A stretch of 64,000 nucleotides of DNA from Cyanophora paradoxa CCMP329 (lineage: Eukaryota > Plantae > Glaucophyta), in assembly GCA_004431415.1 (NCBI GenBank), contig QPMI01000101.1, positions 62,001-126,000 of the forward strand, given 5' to 3'. How positions within the stretch are numbered: position 1 is the first letter of the stretch; every line of letters begins with the position of its first letter. The notes under the pieces are model-generated. The model searched no databases, had not been told where the DNA came from, and saw only the letters and a program-made list of their open reading frames with translations. A program made the position numbers and the translations under genes. This document shows positions 35,020 to 46,846 of the stretch, piece by piece.

Positions 35020-35498
35020 GTTGAAGAAGCCGCCAGATCCGGAGCCGCGGGCTCGCAGCGAAGCTATATAGCGAGGCGGCCGCCCGCCGCGGCGCGGCGC
35101 GGCTGCGCATATGCATGCAGGGCGCCGGGCCGGGCCCGGGGCAGGGGCGCAGCGCGCGGCTGGCGCTGGCAAGCGCTGCGGGCCCGGCGCCCAGCTGCAG
35201 GCAGCGGGCCTGGGGCTCATAATCAAGCTAAAGGCGTGCTCAGCGCATACGCGCGTTGCCCCAACCGTAATGCGCCACGCTATGCATTGAGAGCCATGCA
35301 TGGTCCATGGCCAGCGAACAACTGCACAACTCGGGCGTCGACTTCGCTACTCTAGTTGAGCTCGTACAGGTTATAGCCCAGCGACTTCCATCCAAGCTTC
35401 TGCCGGATGCCCTGCGCATCATGGCATGCAGCAATTAGTCGGAAGTCAAGGAAGGCGCCGGGCGCCATGGCTAGCCGCTGAGCGCTGCCCCAGCGAGC

Positions 35499-36784
35499 TC
35501 AAGTGACATGGCGAGGGTCGCACCTCGCAGCGCGACCGGTTGGACCCGCCGCGACCTGATCGAGGGTGATTATGACGGATTCAGCGAATCGGTAAGAGGA
35601 GCCGTAAAGTGGCGGCTTGGGTTGAGCGAGCTCTGACAGGGGACGGACCAGGGAGGTTGGTGCGGGAAATGGCCCGGTACACGACGACCTTCTCCCCCCC
35701 GGGCTTGAAGTAGAACTCCAGGTCGTCCGTCGTCTGGGGATATCGGGTCGGGGGGGGGGGGGGGGCGACTCCGGGGGGGGGGGTATGGGGGTATGCGCAC
35801 CGGCGGGAAGCCGCCGGAGACTGTGCAGTAGACGTAGTCGTCCGTCTCCTTGACGATCTGTAGTGGAAGCATTGCAAATTACACAAATGGGATAGGGGAA
35901 CTCGAAAGGTTCGGGGGTACGGGCCTGGAGTCCCTTGACGCCTGCCAGGACCTTCATCAGCGCCGCCTTCGCCGAAGCGACGTCCGGCTCGGTGAACTCC
36001 TGCGAGGGAATTAAAGGGTGCGAGGTAGCTATAGGGTGGTACGAGTTCGTGGGATGATGGACGGACTGCGGGGCAGGGCGCGGTGAGTTCGGAGGGACAG
36101 GGAGGGAGAGGCCAGGGCGAACGGACCCCAGGGCGGGCTGTAGTGGTTGCTCGACGCCGAGCGGGTGCTCACGCTGCAAGCGGCTCGTGTGAGGCACGGG
36201 AAGGGAGGGCGCGAAGGAACGGGCGCCGTAGCTGTAGAGTGAAGGAACAGGCGGCGTAGCTATCGCTAGCGCTTACATGCATCGCTTCGCGCGCTAGCTT
36301 TGGCCCGGGCAGCGCACCAGTTGCTGTCGCCGGGGCAGCCTGAGAGCGTGCCATCTGGCTGCACGCTGCGCCCGGGCGTGAGCAAGAACCGGATGCGCGG
36401 CGCACGTGCAAGATTCGCTGACCCGATTCCTGGGTCCGCCCCGTCGTCCGCACGCGCGCTGCCGGCTAGCACAACGCTAGCAGCTGCCGCTGCAAAGGAA
36501 GCGAGCAGCCGCCGCCGGCCATCAACCGCCGGCCGCGCTTCGGCCTCTGCAGCTGGTGCGACGAAGCTGCGCTGCCGGCGGCCTGAAGCCGATGTCGTCG
36601 AAGGACCGTCCACGACCGCCGCGCGTGCCGGGCACGTATCTGCGCGCACAGCAGCGGGCTTATAATCGATGGCGCACGGGCCGCCAGCAAACTCACCTAC
36701 ATGAGCGCCGTGGAAGGACGAACGCGCTGCTGAAGGCAAGTGCACGCGCACAGCGCAGGGCGCCGCGAAGGCGAGGCCGGCCAT
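35499..36784 (-). CDS. DUF1499 family protein with plastid transit peptide and Tat-type lumen signal; 3' end approximate
   Basis: MAGLAFAAP...SSFHG transit-like N-terminus; RRRLLASFAAAAASVVLAGSARA (twin-Arg, AxA); LSGCPGDSNCVST, DYVY, DDLEFYF and YRAISR. Confidence 0.85.
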
Positions 36785-36912
36785 CTTAGCAAGCTTCTCT
36801 ACCCCCCCGCGCCCCCCCCCCCCTATCAGCCAGCCTGAGCCAGGCGACCCTCGCTCATATCCAGCGTGTACGCCTGGGAGGAATTGACAACGATCAAGTT
36901 GGGCGGCGTGCA

Positions 36913-39532
36913 ATGAGCGCGCCCCTCGACGCGTTCCCCGAGGAGCTCTTACAGGCGGTGGCTCTCTGCCTGGACGTCCGATCCCTCGCGCTCTTCTCTT
37001 CCTGCTGCCACGCAACGCGGCGGGCGGCGCGCGCCGCCCTCGCCCTGCGGACCGAGCTCGACCTGCGGGAAGCGGCGCTGGACGGGCCCGGCGCAATCGC
37101 ACTCTTCGCGATGGCGCCGCGATGTCGGCGGTTGCGGTTGTACGCGTGGCTGCTGCCGCCCTCGGCCTTCGGGCTCCTCCCCGCCGGGGCCGAGGACGTC
37201 GACGTGGAGGACCTGCAGCCGCGGCGGGCGGCCGCCTCGCTGCGGGCGCTGTCGGCCCGCTGCCCGCGGCTCCGGCGGCTTCGCGTGACGTGCAGCGACC
37301 TCGAATGGTGGGGCATCGACGGCGAACTCGACGAAGGCGACAGCTGCGAGAAGCGGCGGCGCTCCAACAGCGGGCGGCGCTGCGGCGGCCGGTTCAGCCC
37401 GCGGGGGAGGAGCCCGATGGGCCCCGCGCCTCTGGCGGCTCCGGCGGACAGCGCGTTCGCCTTCTCTTCCGGACTGCAGGCCGTCTTCGACGCCTGCAGG
37501 GACCTGGAGAGCCTCAGCGTGCCCGACTTCGGCGGGCGCGGGAGCGCCCCGCCCGTCGGCACCGCCGACCTGCCCCGCCTGGCGGAGGTGAGCGCGGGGT
37601 ACCTCGATCCTCGGACGCTGGGGCGCTCCTCGCCGCTCCGCGCCGGCGCCGCTCCCATCACCGCCCTCGCCATCTCCCAGTACACCGCCGACGAGGGCAT
37701 CTCCTGCACCTCCGACGCGTGCGCACGTTCCGTGTACCCCTCCGACCCCCTCCCGCCCCCTGCTGTTAAAGAGGGCGCAGATTCGTGCTGCCGCTGGTGC
37801 GGGAGCTGCCGCAGCTGACCTCCCTCTCGCTGCGCGGCTTCGGCGGCCCCATCAACGGCTCCCTCTCCGACGAGGCCTTCATCGCCCTCGCCAGGCGCCC
37901 CCGGCCCCACCCGGCCTCGCCCCCGTACCCCCGCCGCCCTTTCCTGATGCCCTCCCCGGGTACGCGCAGGCTCCCAGGCCTCGAGAAGCTGAAGTTCGGG
38001 ATGACGGACTCGAGCGTGTTCGCAAACGTAACGGGCGCGTGAACCGTACCCCACCCCATCCTTCCCCTTACTCCTCCCTTTGCGAATCCCGTACCCCACA
38101 GACGTCGGGATCCTGCACCTCGCCGCCTCCTGCCGGTCCCTCCGCGTCCTCCACCTATCCGGTACCCCCCACCCTTCCAGATCGTGTACCCCCTCCCTCG
38201 CCCACCTTCTTGCGGAGGCTTCCGGCGCCTCACGGACTCTGCTGTGACGGCTCTGGCCCGCTCCTGCGGCGAGCGCCTCGAGGTCAGCCCCGTGCCCCCC
38301 GCCGGTCGACCTCCAACCCCCAAACATAAGACGTACCCCCGCAGAAGGTGAAGCTGGAATGGCTCACGCGGCTGTCGGACGTGGGGGTAGAGGCGCTGGC
38401 CGCGGCCTGCCCCCGCCTCCGGGCGCTGAGGTGAGCCGGCCGGGCGCCGGCGCGGGTGTCTTCGCTTGTAAGCGGGGGCAGCCTGCGGGACGCGCGGCGG
38501 GTGTCGGACGCCGGGGTGGCGGAGCTGCTGGCGGCGCGCGGCGCTTCCCTCGAGCGCCTCTGCCTCTCCAACTGCGCCCTCGGGCCCGCCGCCATGGCGG
38601 CGCTGGCCGCGCACTGCGGGGCCCCCGGGGCGCGCGGGCGCCTGAAGGAGCTGAACCTCAACGGCTGCCACGTGGCCGCCACCGACGAGGCCCTCTCGCT
38701 CGTGAGCCGGACCCCTCCCCCCCGCTCCGCCTTCGTCTCGCCAAGGGCGCGCATGCGCAGCTCGCGCCGGCGCTGCCGGGCCTCCGCCGCCTCACCCTCA
38801 AGTCCTGCCGAACCATCACCGACGCCGGCCAGCGCCGCGCCCCCCTCGCCCCTCCCCCTCCTCCATTCTGACTCGGCGAGGCGGGGCGGGCAGGGCTGGC
38901 GGCGCTCGCTGCGCACTGCCGCGAGCTGCGGGACCTCGACCTCAGCTACTGCCCCGAGGCGCCCCCCGCGCCCCTCCGCCCTCTCTCCGCCCCCCTCATC
39001 GTTCGCCTCCCGCCGGCAGCTGCGGGACGGGGGCCTGGCGGCGCTGGCGGCGGCCTCGCCTCGCCTGCGCCGCCTCCGCATCGACGGCTGCGCGCGCCTC
39101 TCCGACCGCGCCCTCGCCGCCCTCGCCTCCTCCCCCGCCGGCCCGCCCCGCCCCGCCCGCCCCCGCCTGCCCTCTGCCCACTCCCGCGGGCCTCACCGCG
39201 CGGGCGCCGGGCGGCAGGCCTCTCGCTTAGGGAGCTCTCGGCGGAAGGGCGGGGCGGCTGACGCCGGCCGTGGGGGAAACCCTCGCCTGCTTCGCGGCCC
39301 TGCAGGTGCGTCCCCCGCGCCCCCGCCCGCCCTCCGCGCGCCCAACGGCTCGCAGCGGGCGGCGCTGAGCGTGCGGCTGGGGGAGCGGGGCCGCGGGGGC
39401 CTGCGGTGGCTGGCTCGGCGGTGCCCCGACCTGGCGCTCTACGTCGACTCGGCCCCCGCACGCCTGCGCGGCGACGACGGCGACAGCGAGGAAGGCGGGC
39501 GCTCCGACGCGAGCCCCGGCGCCTCCGCCTGA
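36913..39532 (+). CDS. F-box/LRR-repeat (FBXL-type) protein, multi-exon
   Basis: F-box LDAFPEELLQAVALCLDVRSLALFSSCC; Cys-containing LRRs (LSDVGVEALAAACPRLRAL, LRIDGCARLSDRAL). Confidence 0.88.
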
Positions 39533-39927
39533 GCCTCGCACGCCGCCCCCGCCCCCGCCCGCCCATCCCATCCCCGGGCCCGGAGCGAGCGCGCCCGAAA
39601 AGTATACGCCGTGTGACGTAGAAGCACCGGCGCCGGCCGGCCGCCGCGCCGCTCCCTAAGGCCCAGGCCGAACAGTAATCATGATGGCCTCGCTAGCGCT
39701 CCTCGCTCGTGTTAGACGGGTTTTTAGTTAGACGAGTAAACGAGCGAGCTGATTCGCGATCGTCTAACTAAAACCATCGATATCACATTACCGGTCGTAT
39801 ACTAGGCGGGGCGCTAACTATAGCTAGGTCTTCGACTCGCGCTCGCCCCCCGCTCGTCTCAGGATGTGCACGGTGGCCCATGGGGTCTAAATAATAGAGA
39901 CGTCGACAGCATCTAGAAAGGCCGCAT

Positions 39928-40656
39928 GCATTTCAGACACGACCAACGACATCTGGACTAGCCGTAGTAGCTGTTTGGCTAGCAGTGGGCCGCCGGTCGA
40001 ATCCATGGGCTCAGACAGATAGGCAAGCGACTTCGAAAATCGAAATCGAATACCGAAGCTCAAACTTTCGTCCGTCAAACCTCAACTTTCGTCCAAACTT
40101 TCGTCCGTCAAACCTCATGATCAACTTTCGTCCAAACTTTCGTCCGTCAAACCTCAACTTTCGTCCAAACTTTCGTCCGTCAAACCTCAGCATGCATTTC
40201 AGACACGACCAACGACATCTGGACTAGCCGTAGTAGCTGTTTGGCTAGCAGTGGGCCGCCGGTCGAATCGTAAGGGCTCAGTCAGATAGGCAAGCGACGT
40301 CGGAAATCGAAATCGAATACCGAAGCTCGAGATCGAAACCTAGGCCTACTTACCCTACTTACCCTGCGCCGAAAAACCTAGGCCGCATGCAGTGCGTGGC
40401 CATGCATATGTCATGATGCATATGGGTCATCTTAAAGAAGTCTTCATATTCGCGTGAATTGGAATTTGAAGTCGTGGTCGATAAATGAGACCCACTATAG
40501 CTAGTCTAATTACAAGGACCTGACTTCAACCATAATGCATACGCGTATACGCAAACACGATTCGGGAAATTTCTACGCATCTGATAATTACTAAGTTACT
40601 CTGTCATACATGGGCAATACAAACTGATGACCAGTGACTACGTGATGGCCAGTGAA
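39928..40656. repeat. Dispersed repeat family copy; includes the apparent empty site at 40449/40450
   Basis: A ~135-bp block at 39928 and 40194 recurs at 44538; 40382-40449 matches 45804-45865; 40450-40656 matches 56717-56917. Confidence 0.9.
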
Positions 40657-42065
40657 AACGATAACCAGTGGACTAGAAATGAACAGGCGCTGGGGGCGGT
40701 CGCGAGGGGCAGGGCGCTGCAGGCGGGGCGGGCACGGAACAAATTAAAAAGCCCTCAGGGCCTGCGCGCTAGCGCTGCGCCCGGCGGCCGCCGCCCGCCG
40801 CGCCTCCGCACCGCCTGGCGAGCCGCTGAGCAGCGCCGCCGCTCGTTACGCCTCCGCCCCGCCCGGAACGAGCCGCGCCGCCGCCCCCCTGCGCATCCGC
40901 CCCGCCCAGCGAGTCATGCGGCCGCCCGCCGCGCGCGCCGCCAAGCCAAGCTTAAGCCGCCTGCCGAGCCGCGCAGCTGCGCATGCCCGCTGCGCACTGC
41001 GGCATGCGCGCCTTCGAATTCGCCCCGGGCCACATGCCATCAGGGCCATCAAATTAAACGAGCCGTGCGCAGCCACTCCCTACGCCTTCGCCGAGCCGCG
41101 CCGTACGCGTTGCTCGCCGCGCTCCGTCTGGCGGCCCCGGCCGCGGGCTCAGGCCTACGCGTAGCGAGCGGTACTAGTAGATTTGTTGAATTTTTAGACC
41201 CGGTGACCCCACCCGACTCGACCCGGCGGGTGACCCGAGTCGAAGACCTAGTTTGAAGGGACCCGCGCCGGGACCGTCGGACGCGGTGACTGAGACCGTG
41301 ACTCTCGGCTGCGCGCAGTGACGCGAATTCGTGAAGTTTCACTCTCATGATCATGATCAGAGCAGTGCGAATGAAAAAGCCACGTGCACGGTGACTCGGA
41401 ACTCGTCCTTTCCGAAGTTCCCGAATCGAACCGACCGGCGACCGTCAGCTCAACCGTCATCGAACCGGTATCGATCCATCGCGAGCAATTCAAGTACTAG
41501 TAGATTCGGATCCGATCCCGGCGATCCGCGGCGATTCCGTGCGCGCGCGCGCGGCGCGCACGACTCGGCGATTGCGTACGTTCACGTATGCGCATTAAAA
41601 TATTGCGCATGCGTGGACAGGTACAGCAGCGGCTGAGCACTGAGCAGCCGCTGCTGAGCAGCGCTACCGGTAGCGCTGCCAGGCTGTGCCAGCGCAGCAG
41701 CGGTGCGCATGCGCACTATAGCTAGTACATGCGCCGCGGCAGCTGCAGGCGCATCTGCTGAGCGGCGACATCGATATCTCCCATGGCCATAGCTGTATAG
41801 TTAGCTGCATCGGCCCGCGCGCGCGCATCGGGAATATCCCTCGGACGCTCTTCAGCGCCTCACGTCGGACGTGTGCGTAGCAACTGACAAGGCGTGCCCT
41901 AGTCCTCTCAGAGTCTGCTCGTCCGACACGCCGTTCTCAGTTCTGTGGGACACTTCAGACCCCGGCCCGTGGAGCAGAGGTCAGCAGGCCTGAGGAGCAG
42001 GCCGCGCCAGCGTCGGCGAGCGCCTTGTCCCTTCAGAGTTTTTGGCTTGCGCACAGCTCAGCAAG

Positions 42066-43663
42066 ATGCCTCCGCGTCCAAGCAGCGGCATGGAGCTGGA
42101 CTGCGGCTGTTTGACAGCCGAGTCCTGCGCAGTTCCGGCGGAGCCTGCAGCTGCAGCTGTCAGCCACCTCTCCCAGAACCTTGCAGAGCGCTGCAGTATA
42201 TCGTGCGCGCCCTGCGCGACGACTTCCCAGCCGAGCACACCCCAGTTGCCCGAGCCACACACGTCACAGCGCTGTCCCGATCTCGCCTCAACCCCCCAGC
42301 CACAAGAATCGTACGAAGTGAGGGTGGACTTTGACGCGAGCGAGTCCGTCATCCACGTCTCCTCCACCCGCCCCAACCTCCTCAGCGACTTCCTACGCAT
42401 TCTGAGTCGCGATCACCTTCGACCGGTCGCCCTCAGTCTATCGACATGCAAGAGCGGGATCTGCTCTGTTGCGGCCCGCGTGGCGGCGGGGCCCTCCCTG
42501 GCCGACCCTGATGCGCTGCATTGTGTGGCGGACGCGCTTGAGGACCAGCTGGCTGGCCCTGTTTCGCGCGAGCGGGCACTTCTGCTCATCGATGCGGAGC
42601 GGTCCTTCGGCTTTGCCTTCTCATGCGGCCGCGCCGTGCGCCCGGATCAAATTTGATGAAAGAAATTCAAATTCATGACCCCTCTCGCGTGTGCAGGCGG
42701 CGGCGGGGGGCCTGGCCGTGGAGCAGGCGCACGTATCCGGCTTGGGGACGCGAAACCAGGCTGTGCTATGCGTGTCTTACAGGCGAGGCGGCTCGCGGGC
42801 CGACGCCACGCTCCCGTGCCGCCAGCGCCTCACGCAGCTCCTGGGCGACACGCAGGGCTCGGTGCGCCCCGCCAATTTGAAGTCCGTCGGGGCCGCCGGC
42901 GCGCAGCCGGCCGACGCTTCCGCGCAGGTCAGCGTGGCTTCCGAGGTCCTGTCGCGCCCCGGGGCCACGCCGGAGCCCGGGGAGGTTGTGGAGGCGGCGC
43001 CGCCGCCGCCGCAGTGGCCCGGGGTGGACGTGGAGGTCTCGGAGGGCGGCGTGCTGCGCCTGACGTGCCCCGACACGCCCGAGGCGGCCTGCGACGCCGC
43101 CGGTCTTCTCGCCGCCGCAGCACTCCCCGTCCTCGAGGCCCGCCTCGCCGCCTCGGACGGCCGCCTCGCCCTCCACGCCCGCCTCGACGCCTCGCGGGCC
43201 CCCGCGCTCGCCGCGCCCTGCCCCGACGCCCGCCTCTGGCTCCGCCGCGTCCTCTCCTCCGCCTCTCCCCCTCCCCTTCGTCCCCTTCACGCCCGCCCAG
43301 TGCCCTTCCCCCGCACGCCCGCGGCCGCCCCGCCCCCGCCCCCTCGCCTCGCCGCCGGCGCGGCCGCGGCAGCCGGCGCCGCTGCCCCCGGCGCAGTTGC
43401 CCCCGCTGCCGGCGGGGAACGCGGCGACGCGGCTGGAGTACGTGGCGGAGAGCCGCAACTTCGAGAACTTCTTCGCGGCGATCGCGGCGGCGCTCTGCCG
43501 CACGGGCCTCCACCTGCTCCACTGCCGCGTCGTCGCCTCGCCGTGCTCGCGCTTCGAGGCGGTCTGCTGGGCGGTGGAGCGGGCCGGGGGCCCCGTCCTC
43601 TCGGACGAGCGCCTCGCCTCGGTCAACGAGGGCCTCCTCTCCGCCATCGCCATCGCCGGCTGA
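42066..43663 (+). CDS. ACT-domain repeat-like protein
   Basis: ACT-like units IHVSSTRPNLLSDFLRILSRDHL, LRLTCPDTPEAACDAAGLLAAAALPVLEARL and FFAAIAAALCRTGLHLLHCRV. Confidence 0.65.
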
Positions 43664-43806
43664 CGCGCCCCGCACCCGTCCCCCTCCCCAACCGTCGATA
43701 TCGCGCGCCTCTCTCCGCCTCTTCATGCACGCCCGAGGCTCTTCTTAAACTAGCCGCAAAAATACAGCTATATATATACGTTTACGTAGATACATCGGAA
43801 GATGTT

Positions 43807-44237
43807 CACATCAAGCAGTCATTCTTCTTAAGCTTTTTCTCCTCCTTTCGAAATTGAGGCACAGCTACCTTTGCAGTCGACTGTACTTTCGATCGCCCAT
43901 TCGATTCCGCGCGCGGGCCGCTTTCGTAGTCCCTTCCTGCGGGCTTTCGTATGTGCGTGTTAGTGTTCTAGGCTTACCTTCTCCGTTCTGAGGTCTTCCA
44001 ACCTGGGGCTGTGTACCGATTCCATGATCATGCTCTGTACAGAATTCCGTCGGCTCCGCGCAGTCTATATGCAGCTCTTAACATAACAACAAGGCAGATT
44101 GTATGTCATTTGACATCGTTGTCCACATCAAGCAGTCATTCTTCTTAAGCTTTTTCTCCTCCTTTCGAAATTGAGGCACAGCTACCTTTCAAGTTTGCAG
44201 TCGACTGTACTTTCGATCGCCCATTCGATTCCGCGCG
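43807..44237. repeat. ~110-bp direct repeat (43807-43913 and 44124-44237)
   Basis: Near-identical copies differing by a 7-bp insertion. Confidence 0.9.
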
Positions 44238-44537
44238 TCCATGTATGGGTGCTTATCATCGTATTTTCAAGGTAATCGATTCGAAACTTTCAAATAGGAG
44301 AGTGCAGTTCCAATTCTAGACAATATACTATTGCATGCGAGATGTAGCTATAGGTTTTTCATCTTCCCTCAGACCTTGCAATTCAGCTATGCCGGTGTTT
44401 TCTGCAAGATGAACTTCTGTATAGAAATGCCCTTCCAATTCTAGCTGCAGCTGGCAGTGTGGTACTAGCCATGATTTTATGATACAGTGTCAGTATTTCA
44501 TTGTCATTGAAGAATTATCATTATCATGATGCATCTT

Positions 44538-45865
44538 GCATTTCAGACACGACCAACGACATCTGAACTAGCCGTAGTAGCTGTTTGGCTAGCAGTGGGC
44601 CGCCGGTCGAATCGTAAGGGCTCAGTCAGATAGGCAAGCGACGTCGAAAATCGAAATCGAATACCGAAGCTCGAGATCGAAACCTAGGCCTACTTACCCT
44701 ACGGGCTTAAGATCATAGGATCAAAGGTGCGGGCCGTGCCCGGAGGCTCGCCCGTTCCCGCCACGGACTGGCCGCTAAGGAGGAGGAATGCTGCCCGAGG
44801 GGTCCGGAACCCCAACGAGCCCCGGACCGGGAGACCGGTACCGGGCCTCCCCCGCTCCCGGAGGTGCGTAAGGTGGAGCCGCATCGCGTCGCGTCGGATC
44901 GAAGCTGGGGAACTGGGGCCATCGCAATCCGTGCGGATCGCCTGCGTGGCGCCGCGCGCGAAATCAAATGGCGCCGGGGGGCGCCATCTGGCGCCGGGGG
45001 CGGGAGGGGCGCACGTCAGTCGGGCAAAGGCGAAGGCAAAAGGCGACCGCGGTCGATCGAGCGGGCAGATGCGAAAGCAGCCGGGATGGCGTCGGGCCAG
45101 ATCGCGCGAGAGCGGGGCGGGGCGAGCGCTAGCATACGTGCGCTAGCGGGGGTCGTGCTCGTTTGTATCGCAGCACGCGCGCTTTCGTGCGGCGCACCGT
45201 GTTCATTCCCGGTCGTTCGCGGGAGGCTGGCCGTGCGGGGCGTGAGCGGGGTGAAAGGCGCAGTGCGCGGGGGAGGCTCACTGTAGCGCTGTTTTCCGGC
45301 GTGGTCGGCGTATAGTCGGCTCGCGCAGGGCCCTGCAGCTGTCCGTTCTACGGCCGTGAAGGGGTACTGCAATCGTGAATCGTCCAACTTTCGTCCAACT
45401 TTCGTCCAACTTTCGTCCAACTTAAGCTTCCGTCCAAGTACTAGTGCCAGTCGACGTCGTAATCCGATGATCAAACCTCAACTTTCGTCCAACTTCGACG
45501 GCTGGGCCTGGCGGCGGCGGCGACGAGTGCACCCGGCTCGCACGTGGCTCGCATGCACATGCATGCCATGATGCGCACTGCGGCACGGCCGTGGCGCCGC
45601 CAGACTCTGAGATCGAAGGGGCTAGTACTAGTATCACTGCAGCTGAGTCAGCTGCATGCACGCGCATGCATATGCGCAGCCTAGGTCGCTAATGATCAGG
45701 GGCTCGAGCTCGCCGAGTCGATCATGATATCGATCACATGTACACTGGCTCGCGATCGATATCGGTCCCGCGGGCCGCGCGGGCTGGCATGTCAAAGCAG
45801 CTTGCCGCATGCAGTGCGTGGCCATGTCATGATGCATATGGGTCATCTTAAAGAAGTCTTCATAT
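44538..45865. repeat. Longer copy of the dispersed repeat family (left part), with 11-bp minisatellite
   Basis: Matches 40194-40349 at its start and 40382-40449 at its end. Confidence 0.8.
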
Positions 45866-46544
45866 CGGCCTTGGGGAAAGGAGAGGCCCTTAGGTCTGTG
45901 CGTATCTTGTGGCAAACTTCAAATTGATTTTATAGACAAAATTTTTGGACCTAGGTACCCATTTTCGACCCTAGGGAGCACGATGGCGGCGCTACTTTTC
46001 AAATGTGACACCTCTAACAAGCACTAACAGCACGTACGAACGAAATTGTTCGCGTGAAGCCCGATCGCCATTGGCCGAAAAGCTCAATCGTCCCATTCAC
46101 GGACAAGCGCAAATGTCATTGGCTTCCAGCTTGCTTCCCCTTCGCCGATGGAAATTGCAAAAAGCCTCTGTACCCGGCTGGTAGGCTGGAATCACCGCGG
46201 CCTTGCACGTGACTGAGCCGCGCGCGTCACGCGTCGCTTCGCTCAGCTGAGAGTCACTGCGCATGCAGCTGATATCGATATACGCGTACGTATACGAGAC
46301 CGCCACGCGCGCGGCGCGCGCGGCGTGGCGCACCCGGCACCGTGGCGCCGGCACGAATCGCTGGCGCTAGCTAGACCAAGCTAGCTATAGAAGCTACGTA
46401 TACTAGGGGGCGTAGTCCTCTCCGGGCTCAACAGCTGCAGCAGTATATATATATAATAACCGCGCGCGGTTGCGGGCCCCCTTGGCCGTACGCGTTTTAA
46501 AAACAAAGAGCGGCCACCCTCACGCCTTGAGTCCCCAAGACCCA

Positions 46545-46846
46545 GACCGGCGATCGCTTGCACAGGAGCTGCTTCAAGTTCGTCGCACCAGCCAACGCCA
46601 ACGCCTGCAGTGCGTGCCCGCCTCCCGTAGCGCTGCGAGCTTGCTCGCATAGAGATTCCCTATTCAATTGGATCGCTAGATCTGCCCCGCGCATAGACCG
46701 GCGATCGCTTGCACAGGAGCTGCTTCAAGTTCGTCGCACCAGCCAACGCCAACGCCTGCAGTGCGTGCCCGCCTCCCGTAGCGCTGCGAGCTTGCTCGCA
46801 TAGAGATTCCCTATTCAATTGGATCGCTAGATCTGCCCCGCGCATA
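46545..46846. repeat. 151-bp unit in tandem x2 (third copy at 51677-51827)
   Basis: Identical GACCGGCGATCGC...CCCCGCGCATA blocks. Confidence 0.95.
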
